Positions 1 through 7,215 of a stretch of DNA of 64,000 nt are shown one piece after another. Within the stretch, counting starts at the first letter, position 1. Every line of letters begins with the position of its first letter. Under the pieces are notes generated by a model. It saw only the letters and a program-made list of their open reading frames with translations. It was not told where the DNA came from and ran no database searches. Both the position numbers and the translations under genes were made by a program. The stretch spans positions 224,001-288,000 of the forward strand of contig OY970218.1 of assembly GCA_963713975.1 (NCBI GenBank), read 5' to 3'. This DNA comes from an uncultured Chloroflexia bacterium (GTDB lineage: Bacteria > Chloroflexota > Limnocylindria > Limnocylindrales > CSP1-4).

Positions 1-54
1 GCACCGGACGCAATGCCGGATTGGCCGCTGGATGGCACCCGCTACCATCGGGGC

Positions 55-1116
55 ATGAGCCAGCTCGACCCACGGACCCTGCGCGCCCTCACCAGGGCCA
101 TGCCCAAGGCGGAGCTCCATCTCCACCTGGACGGCTCTCTCCGCATCGACACGGCGCTCGACATCGCGCGCACCCGGCGCGTGGAGGCACCCGTCACGTT
201 TGCGGGCATGCGCGGTGTCCTCGTCGGCCCGGACCTGGTGACGGACCAGGCCGAGCTGCTCAAGGCGTTCGACCTGCCGATCCTGCTGCTGCAGGACGCC
301 GAGGCGCTCGAGCGCGTCGCCGACGACCTCGTGACCGACAAGGCCTGCGAGCACGTCCGCTACATGGAGATCCGCTGGGCGCCCCTGCTCCACACCCAGC
401 GGGGGCTGAGCGGACGCCAGGTCGTGGAGGCGGTCTGGCGGGGCGCCCACGACGCCGCCAGGCGCCACGACGTCCAGGTCAGGCTGATCGCGACGCTCAT
501 GCGCTCGCACGCTCCCCAGGACAACCTCGATCTCATCCTGGACATGGCCCAGGAGGGCATCCCCGACGGGCTCGTCGCCGTGGACCTCGCGGGTCCCGAG
601 GCGCGCTTCCCGGACCCGGAGCGGCACCGCGGGGCGATCGACATGGCGCGCGACCTCGGGCTCCACGTCACGCTCCACGCCGGCGAGTGGGGCGGTGCTG
701 CGCAGGTGAGGCGGGCGCTCTCGATCGAGCCTGAGCGGATCGCTCACGGCCCGCTGGCCATCGACGATCCCGGGCTCGTCGCCGACCTCATCGAGAAGGA
801 GGTCTGGCTGGATCTGTGCCTGACCTCGAACTATCAGGCCCAGATCGTCCCGACGATCGCCGATCACCCGTTCCGCCGCCTGCTCCACGCCGGCGTCAGG
901 GTCACGCTCAACACGGACGACCTGACCGTGTCCGATGTCACCCTGTCCGAGGAGTACGCCCGCGCCGTGGAGGAGCTCGGGGTCACGCTGCCGGAGCTGT
1001 GGGCCGTGAACACCGGCGCGATCGAAGCGGCCTTCTGCGGCGAGCCCACCAAGGAGTCACTGCGCGAGACCTTCCTGGCCTGGGGCGCGGGTGTCCCCGA
1101 GCTGATCCATCGTTGA
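55..1116 (+). CDS. add: Adenosine deaminase
   Basis: PKAELHLHLDGS, DLAGPE, HAGE, RIAHG and NTDD motifs. ATG at 55 lies 6 nt after a TACCAT -10 (leaderless start). Confidence 0.92.
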   Translation: MSQLDPRTLRALTRAMPKAELHLHLDGSLRIDTALDIARTRRVEAPVTFAGMRGVLVGPDLVTDQAELLKAFDLPILLLQDAEALERVADDLVTDKACEHVRYMEIRWAPLLHTQRGLSGRQVVEAVWRGAHDAARRHDVQVRLIATLMRSHAPQDNLDLILDMAQEGIPDGLVAVDLAGPEARFPDPERHRGAIDMARDLGLHVTLHAGEWGGAAQVRRALSIEPERIAHGPLAIDDPGLVADLIEKEVWLDLCLTSNYQAQIVPTIADHPFRRLLHAGVRVTLNTDDLTVSDVTLSEEYARAVEELGVTLPELWAVNTGAIEAAFCGEPTKESLRETFLAWGAGVPELIHR

Positions 1117-1155
1117 GCCGGTCGCCAGTAGGCCGGTGACGCCCGAGAAGGGCCG

Positions 1156-1437
1156 GTGACGCCCGAGACGATCCAGCTGGCGGTGCTCGTGTTCGCCCTG
1201 ATCGCGACCCGGCCGTTCGAGGAGGGTCGCTGGCGCGCCGGCCGCATCTCCGACCGGACGTCGGCCCTGCTGGTCGTCGGGCGGCTGCCGTTCCTTGTGG
1301 TCGGCTTCGCCCTCATCACGGAACGCGAGCCCGCGGTGGTCCTGGGGATGACAGTGATCTCACTGGTGATCGCGGCCCTGATCTACCCGCTGGTGGTGGG
1401 CCGCCTGCGGCGTGTCCGCGGCTCCGGCGGTCGCTGA
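1156..1437 (+). CDS. Small membrane protein (about 3 TM), unknown function
   Basis: 93-aa ORF with hydrophobic segments, co-oriented with add, GC3-biased codons. Confidence 0.75.
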   Translation: MTPETIQLAVLVFALIATRPFEEGRWRAGRISDRTSALLVVGRLPFLVVGFALITEREPAVVLGMTVISLVIAALIYPLVVGRLRRVRGSGGR

Positions 1438-1473
1438 CCGGTCCTCGGCGGCCCGGCAGGCACGGGCCTAGGT

Positions 1474-1630
1474 GCGCCCGTGAGCCGCTGGGCGGGTGAA
1501 CCGTCGGGTGCAACGTGACTTGCGCCGATGGGCGGCACGCCTGTCGGCTGGGCAGGGCCCTGGGAGCGACGAACGTGCCGCCGGGCGACTCAAACCGGGA
1601 TGCACCCGACCGTTGAACCGGTAGGCGGCA
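1474..1630 (-). repeat. 157-bp dispersed palindromic repeat, copy 1
   Basis: Reverse complement aligns without gaps to 19061-19217 with 14 mismatches by manual count. Nested inverted repeats; lies between convergent genes. Confidence 0.92.
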
Positions 1631-1660
1631 TGGGCGGCACGGCTGGGGGTCCTCGGTCCC

Positions 1661-2509
1661 CTACCGGTCGTCCGCGGCCAGCCCGTCGAGGATGGTGGCG
1701 AGCTCCGAGGCGTCGGCGGCGATGCGCGTCGGTCGCTCCTCCGGCGGCAGCGCGTCCGCCATCTCACGCGTGGTGACGCCGGTCAGGATCAGGACGGTCC
1801 TCGCGCCCACGGCCCTCCCGGCCGCCACATCCGTCGGCGCGTCCCCGATCATCACGGCCCGCGAGACGTCGCCGTCCACCAGCCGGGCCGCGGCCTCCAG
1901 GAGGTACGGGCCGGGCTTTCCGATCGTGACCGCGGCCGTGGTTCGTGCGGCAGTCTCGATGGCCGCCACGACGGAACCGGCGCCGGGCCGGAAGCCGCGC
2001 TCGGTGGGATAGACGGGATCCCGGTTGGTTGCCACCAGGACCGCGCCGGCGCGGATGCAGTCCGCGGCGGCGGCGATCCGCAGGTAGGTCAGCTGCGGGT
2101 CCAGGCCAACCACGACCACGTCCGGGTGGTCGGCGGCGGCCCACCCGTCGATGCCCTCCTGACCCATGCGCGTCGCGGCATGCGCGGCCGTCACCACGTC
2201 GAGCCCGGCCTCTCGCAGCTCGCGCTCCAGGCCGCTTGCGCCCACCGCAAGCACCCGCCGTCCGCCCGGCATCGCATCGCGGACATACATGGCGCTGGCG
2301 AGCGCGCTGGTGACCACGCGGTCGGGCCCCACCGGTGCCCCGTGGCCGGCGAGGCGGGGCAGGTAGTCGCCGTGGTAGTGCATCGCGTTGTTGGTGACGT
2401 ACACGACGTCGTCGCCCAGGGCCGCACGGGCGGCCAGCGCCGGCCCAACCCCGGGCACGGCTTCCGAGGCGCGGTAGACCACGCCATCGAGATCGACAAG
2501 GAGGAGCAC
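1661..2509 (-). CDS. HAD-IIA family hydrolase (NagD-like)
   Basis: DLDGVVY, VTNN, ATNRD, GKP and MIGD..TD motifs. Confidence 0.92.
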   Translation of the reverse strand: MLLLVDLDGVVYRASEAVPGVGPALAARAALGDDVVYVTNNAMHYHGDYLPRLAGHGAPVGPDRVVTSALASAMYVRDAMPGGRRVLAVGASGLERELREAGLDVVTAAHAATRMGQEGIDGWAAADHPDVVVVGLDPQLTYLRIAAAADCIRAGAVLVATNRDPVYPTERGFRPGAGSVVAAIETAARTTAAVTIGKPGPYLLEAAARLVDGDVSRAVMIGDAPTDVAAGRAVGARTVLILTGVTTREMADALPPEERPTRIAADASELATILDGLAADDR

Positions 2510-2531
2510 CGCACGATGCTACCGTCTGTGC
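2510..2531. promoter_or_regulatory. Overlapping back-to-back -10 elements for two divergent leaderless genes
   Basis: Minus-strand TAGCAT (2516-2521) is 6 nt before GTG 2509. Plus-strand TACCGT (2520-2525) is 6 nt before ATG 2532. The gap is only 22 bp. Confidence 0.7.
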
Positions 2532-3137
2532 ATGCCCCCCGCCCCGCGCACATCCCCGTTCGAAGGCACGGACCGCCTCATCATCGACGGCACCAACATG
2601 CTCTACCGCCTGGGGGCGGCCGCGGGTGGGCCGGCCCCGGCGTCCGCGATCGTGGGGCGCATCCGCGGGGCGGTCCCGGCGACGATCACGATCGACCTCG
2701 TCTTCGACGGCGTGGGCCACGGGGTGTACGGGCGGCTGGCCCAGAAGATGACAGTCCGCTACTCCGGTCGGAGGAGCGGCGACGACACCATCCTGGACCT
2801 GGTATCGGAGGCCGCCATGCAGGCTCGAGGTGCCGTCACGACCGACCGGGTGCTGGTCGTGACCAACGATCGTGGGCTGCGCGACCTCCTGGCGGCGAAA
2901 GGCGCGCGTACCGTGCCGCTGCAGTGGCTGATCGGCAAGCTGGACGTCCCGGTGCCGGGAACGCGAGGCGCCAGGGGGACGTCGATCGGCGCCGGACGGC
3001 CGCCCGCAAACAGGGGGCCCGCCGCCTCCCCGGACGAGGACCGGCGCCGCTGGTCCCCGGGACGCGGAGCGACCTCCAAGACCGGGCAGGCACGCAAGGT
3101 GGCCAGGCACAGGCGCCATCCACGCATGTCCGGCTGA
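2532..3137 (+). CDS. NYN/PIN-like domain protein (YacP-like) with basic disordered tail
   Basis: IIDGTN, VFDG, SGDDTI and VVTNDRGL acidic PIN/NYN motifs. Confidence 0.82.
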   Translation: MPPAPRTSPFEGTDRLIIDGTNMLYRLGAAAGGPAPASAIVGRIRGAVPATITIDLVFDGVGHGVYGRLAQKMTVRYSGRRSGDDTILDLVSEAAMQARGAVTTDRVLVVTNDRGLRDLLAAKGARTVPLQWLIGKLDVPVPGTRGARGTSIGAGRPPANRGPAASPDEDRRRWSPGRGATSKTGQARKVARHRRHPRMSG

Positions 3138-3177
3138 GGTCACACGCCAGCGGCGCCCATCCTGCTAGCATGCCGCG

Positions 3178-3651
3178 GTGATCGTCGACAGCCTGAACCA
3201 GCTCTGGTCCAACCTGCTCGCGTTCTCTGGCGCGTTCGTGACGCCGGACTGGGGCGGGCTCATCGGCCTGCTGCCGGTCTTCCTGCTCATCGGGGTGGTG
3301 GGGCCGTTCCTCACGCTGCTCGTGCTGGCCTGGGTCGTCTACGGCGTCCGCAAGCCACGGCCCAAGGTCGCGTTCGCGGATCCCCGTCGGGCCGCCCCGC
3401 TCGACGAGGATGGTAACGCGGTCTTCCCCGCCGGCGAGCCATACAGCCCTCGTGAGCAGATGATCTACGAGCCGGGGGCAACGCAATCCCAGGCTGGGGA
3501 AAGCCTCGTGGTCGCGTGCCCCAAGTGCGCCCTCGTCCGCTCCGCCGCGGAGGACACGTGCGGCAACTGCGGCCTCACCTTCACCCTCAAGCCAACCACG
3601 CGCTCACTCCGCTCCGTCGGTCCGCCGTCGGGTGGAGCCGCCGCCGCCTGA
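3178..3651 (+). CDS. Membrane-anchored protein with C-terminal zinc ribbon
   Basis: N-terminal TM helices and CPKC...CGNC. TGcTAGCAT extended -10 lies 6 nt upstream of GTG. Confidence 0.8.
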   Translation: MIVDSLNQLWSNLLAFSGAFVTPDWGGLIGLLPVFLLIGVVGPFLTLLVLAWVVYGVRKPRPKVAFADPRRAAPLDEDGNAVFPAGEPYSPREQMIYEPGATQSQAGESLVVACPKCALVRSAAEDTCGNCGLTFTLKPTTRSLRSVGPPSGGAAAA

Positions 3652-3738
3652 GCGCCTGACCTCCCGGCGGGCGACCGCCGGCGAACCCTTCGAGCCCCCG
3701 GGAACGACCCGTCGGCTCCCAGCGTCCCGGGAAACAAC

Positions 3739-4677
3739 ATGGCACAGGCATCCTCGCTCCTGTTCGTGCTCGGCGTCATCGCCACCGCCATCGGGTTCGC
3801 CGCACATGTCGGCCACGCGGTGCTGCTGGCCAACGGTCGCCGGCTGGTCGTCCTCGCACCGGCAACCCGGCCGGCCTTCGCCACCGGCGGCGTCACGGGC
3901 TCGTTCGTGACGGCCCGCGCCACCGCCGCCTCGTCGCCGGTCGAGCTGGCCGCCTCGCCCAGCCCGCTGTCACGCGTGGCGACGACCTTCACGGCCGTGG
4001 CCTTCGCGCTGCTCGTGGCGTCGGCGGCCATGCGCGGGATCGTGGTGGGCCGTGGGCCGTACGGCAACCTCTACGAGTTCAGCGTCGCGTTCGCGGCATC
4101 GATCCTGGGCGGTTACCTGTGGCTCTCGCGACGCTACGCGATCCGCCAGATCGGGTTCATCCCCGTGGGCGTGGCGCTCGCCATGCTCCTGTATGCCGCG
4201 TCGCTGCCGTCGGAGATCGAGCCGCTGGTGCCCGCGCTCCAGAATGCACCCCTGCTCACGATCCACGTGGGCATGGCCGTGCTGGCGTACGGGATCTTCG
4301 CGACGTCGTTTGCCGCGGGCCTCGCCTACCTCGCCCAGGGGACGGGCGACCGGTTCGCCTGGCTGCCGTCGCACAGGACGCTGGACGAGGTGGCGTACCG
4401 CTCGGTGATCCTCGGCTTTCCGATCTTCGCCACGATGATCGTCCTGGGGTCCTGGTGGGCATCGATTGCCTGGTCCCGCTACTGGGGGTGGGACCCGAAG
4501 GAGACCGCGGCCCTGGTGACGTGGCTTACCTACGCGGTCTACCTCCACGCACGCAACCAGCGACGATGGGCCGGCCGACCGGCCGCGCTGCTGCTCGTGA
4601 TCGGCTTCCTGATGGTGCTGGTCACCTACTCGGGCAGCCTGTGGTTCAGCGGGCTGCACGCCTATTCGGGGCTGTAG
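3739..4677 (+). CDS. ccsA: Cytochrome c biogenesis protein CcsA/ResC (system II)
   Basis: WWD motif WASIAWSRYWGWDPKE, conserved His (TIHV, GLHAY), multiple TM. Confidence 0.92.
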   Translation: MAQASSLLFVLGVIATAIGFAAHVGHAVLLANGRRLVVLAPATRPAFATGGVTGSFVTARATAASSPVELAASPSPLSRVATTFTAVAFALLVASAAMRGIVVGRGPYGNLYEFSVAFAASILGGYLWLSRRYAIRQIGFIPVGVALAMLLYAASLPSEIEPLVPALQNAPLLTIHVGMAVLAYGIFATSFAAGLAYLAQGTGDRFAWLPSHRTLDEVAYRSVILGFPIFATMIVLGSWWASIAWSRYWGWDPKETAALVTWLTYAVYLHARNQRRWAGRPAALLLVIGFLMVLVTYSGSLWFSGLHAYSGL

Positions 4678-4759
4678 CACCGACGCGGGACCGTCCGCGC
4701 CGACCTCGACCATCGGCCCTAGCCTTCGACGCCGTCCCGGACCATGGTGGGCAGTGGAA

Positions 4760-4834
4760 CGCGGGAGGCAGCGATGGATCGTCCGTGCTCCTGCCGCCGG
4801 GACGATCCTGAGCCACTGGCGAGACAGGCCCGCG
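4760..4834 (+). ncRNA. c-di-GMP-II riboswitch
   Basis: P1 CGCGGG/CCCGCG, A, P2 GGC/GCC, kink-turn AGCGATG/CTGA, P3 GATCGTCC/GGACGATC. Loop CGCC pairs with 3' GGCG (pseudoknot) and loop TG with CA, followed by GA-CA-GG. This is the class II architecture, ending 8 nt before a GGAGG RBS. Confidence 0.8.
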
Positions 4835-4853
4835 AGCAGCCGGAGGTGCCGCG

Positions 4854-5129
4854 ATGGCGCTGCACTCCCCAGTCCACCACGCCGGCATGGCCGGCTCCCA
4901 CCTGTATCGCAACTTCCTGATCGCGATCGTGCTCGCGTTCGTGGCGGTCGCCCTGATTGCGGTGCTCGGATCGGTGAGGGTCTCGTTCAGTCCCGGGATC
5001 ACGCCGTCCGATGAGGCGCGGGGCCTCATCGAGTACCGGGCCGCCGAGCGCGCCGATTGGGTCGCGGGCATGACGACCGAGGGTGGATCGCTGCTCGAGT
5101 TCCGCGCCGCGGAGCGGACCAGCGAGTAG
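4854..5129 (+). CDS. Small single-pass membrane/secreted protein with duplicated (I/L)E(Y/F)RAAER motif
   Basis: GGAGG RBS at 4842-4846, one hydrophobic helix, repeats LIEYRAAERA and LLEFRAAERT. Confidence 0.75.
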   Translation: MALHSPVHHAGMAGSHLYRNFLIAIVLAFVAVALIAVLGSVRVSFSPGITPSDEARGLIEYRAAERADWVAGMTTEGGSLLEFRAAERTSE

Positions 5130-5150
5130 CGACGCCACGCTCGATTCGTG

Positions 5151-5180
5151 GGCCGGGCGCCCCGGCGCGGGCGCCCGGCC
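5151..5180 (+). terminator. GC-rich hairpin, probable terminator
   Basis: Perfect 12-bp stem GGCCGGGCGCCC/GGGCGCCCGGCC just after the 4854-5129 stop. No U-tract. Confidence 0.5.
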
Positions 5181-5413
5181 CGGGGGCTCCGGCTGTCCAC
5201 CAGGGGCGTCTCGAGGCTGGTTGCAGCGAATTGATATCGACCAAGCCCGGCAACGAGCAGTCGGATCCCGGGCAACGGTCGGAAGGGACGAGAGGGATAG
5301 CTCCGCCTCCAGCGACCTTCGGATCGTCATGCGCCGTGCAGAGCCGCGGCTCCCTCTCGAGCTGGTCCGCGGCGCATGCCGGACGGCCCTGATGCAAGCT
5401 GGACGCGCAACCT

Positions 5414-5500
5414 ACCGTGAAGGTCGCGACTGCGGTCTTGGTGACGGAGCCGGACACCGCGAGGCGGTACCTCGCCGACCTGCGCGCCCGGTCTGGGCTG
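5414..5500 (+). pseudogene. Fragment of a small HTH-like gene (TARRYLADLRARSGL)
   Basis: 5464-5496 matches the reverse complement of 7178-7210 at 29/33 nt with a conserved reading frame. Truncated by the convergent SRPBCC gene. Confidence 0.5.
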
Positions 5501-5502
5501 GC

Positions 5503-5934
5503 CTACCTCGGCTCCGACTCAAGCACTTCCTTCAACTTGGCGAAGTCCCGCAGGTACTGCTTCTTCCCGACGCCTGAGATGATCGGCCAGATCACCTTGG
5601 TGAAGCCGACGGGGTCGACACTCATCGTGACCTTCACGCCGGCAGCGGTCGGCTCGAACCGGTACGACGAGTCGAAGGGCACGGGCTTCGTCACCTTGAA
5701 GGCAAACAGCTGGTTGGGGACCAATGCCGTGACGACCCATTGGGTCGTGCTCTTCATGCCCATGGATCTGCGGATGTCCCGCCCGGTGGAGCCCACGGCC
5801 AATGGCCCGTCCGAGGTGAAGCTCGAATCGATGAGGCCCGACTGCCACCGTGTCTCGTTGGACGGATCGGCCAGAAAAGCGAACACATCATCGACCGACC
5901 GGTCGATCTCGATGCTGCTCTCGAACGCGGCCAC
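5503..5934 (-). CDS. SRPBCC/polyketide cyclase family protein
   Basis: ESSIEIDRSVDDVFAFLADPSN..RW N-terminus, LKEVLE C-terminus, GAGG RBS. Confidence 0.88.
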   Translation of the reverse strand: MAAFESSIEIDRSVDDVFAFLADPSNETRWQSGLIDSSFTSDGPLAVGSTGRDIRRSMGMKSTTQWVVTALVPNQLFAFKVTKPVPFDSSYRFEPTAAGVKVTMSVDPVGFTKVIWPIISGVGKKQYLRDFAKLKEVLESEPR

Positions 5935-6586
5935 CCTTCACCTCGCTTAATGGGATGTGAACCCGGCCTGGTTTGCGTCGCGGCAGCGTACTCGACGCGG
6001 GGCCGCCCAGGGAAGTGCCCGCGTCTCGTGATCGGCTTCCTGCTCGGGGTGCCGCTGGTTCGCGTCGTGATCGCGCGTCGAGTCTGGCTGCCATCAGATC
6101 CGCGCTTGCGGGCTCGGGCCCGGCGGCTACCCGGCAGATCCTGTCGCGTGACGGCCGGCGGGCGTCGAGGTCCGGTCGACCTCGTCCTGACAGCCTGACC
6201 ACCATCGCCCGAGGCCCTGCTGGACGTAGAGCATCGCGGGGCGAGGACTGCGCTACGACCGAGCCGCGACCGACTCGCGGCAGTCTCCTATGGTTTCGGT
6301 CCGGGCGTCGTGGTCGTGGTCGAGAAGCCAGGCGTGAGCTTGCGCCGGCGACGTCGGCTCGCTGTCGTCCAGGTGCCCGCTGCGTCGCCTGTCAAGCTCG
6401 CCAACCTCGCAAGGTCAGCGGGATGTGCCCGCGCCGTGTCGATCTCCCCACGCTGCCGAGCGGGACGACGAAACGGTCGGCTGGCTTACGCGCGCACGAC
6501 TAGGCGGGCTGAAGAAGACCGGATCCCATGCTGCTGATATAGGCCTCGAGCCTGATCCTCACCAGACCGCGAAGGGAGCGACGATC

Positions 6587-6963
6587 GTGAATGGTCCCGT
6601 GGAGTCGCCAAGCATGCCCAGGTGGTCGGGCCGTATTCGCCGGCAGTCCGTGCGGGAGAGTTCCTGTTCGTGGCCGGGCAGCCGGGGCTCGATCCCTCGA
6701 CCGGATCCGTCCCCCCAGGCGGCTTCGAGGCGGAGGCCAGACAGGCGTTCGTCAACCTTCGGCCAGTCGTCGAGGCGGCCGGAACCGGCCTCGGGCGAGT
6801 CGTCAAGACGACGGTCTTCATCGCCAGTGCCGACGACTTCGCGGTGATGAACCAGTTGTCTGCCGAGTTCTTCCCGGCGGCCCCGCCGGTCCGCTCGACG
6901 CCGATCGTCGGGCTGCCACGCGGTCTTCGCATCTCGATCGATGCGGTCGCGTTCGTGGGCTGA
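6587..6963 (+). CDS. RidA/YjgF family enamine deaminase, frameshifted near 6619
   Basis: GPYSPAV, LFVAGQ, VVKTTVF and PVRST motifs. AAGGGAG RBS then GTG 6587 (VNGPVESPSMP) is one base out of frame with (Q)VVGPYS; adding one C to the CCC run restores it. Confidence 0.8.
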
Positions 6964-7125
6964 CGAGAGACTCGGTGGGATCGGGCCGGTTGGGCGTCGT
7001 GTTGGCTTCCGCCTGAAGCGACCGTCGGCGATCGCGGGGTATCGGGCGCGGCCAGGCTGGGGCTGATCGCTCGCCCGGGCGCCGTCGTGGGGAGGCGCCG
7101 CACCAGCCAGGCTCCAGACGCGGCA

Positions 7126-7215
7126 CTACAAGCTGGCAACTTGGCCGCCCCTCTTGATCAACTGCTCGGTGATGAGACCTGACCGTGCGCGCAGGTTGGC
7201 GAGGTCCCGCTTCCC
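7126..7215 (-). pseudogene. Second fragment of the same HTH-like gene (KRDLANLRARSGLITEQLI)
   Basis: Homologous to 5464-5496 in inverted orientation. Confidence 0.5.

Noticed and set aside
6290-6480. Possible recombinase or transposase remnant in degraded intergenic DNA
   Set aside because: No recognisable catalytic motif in any frame; cannot be supported without a search.
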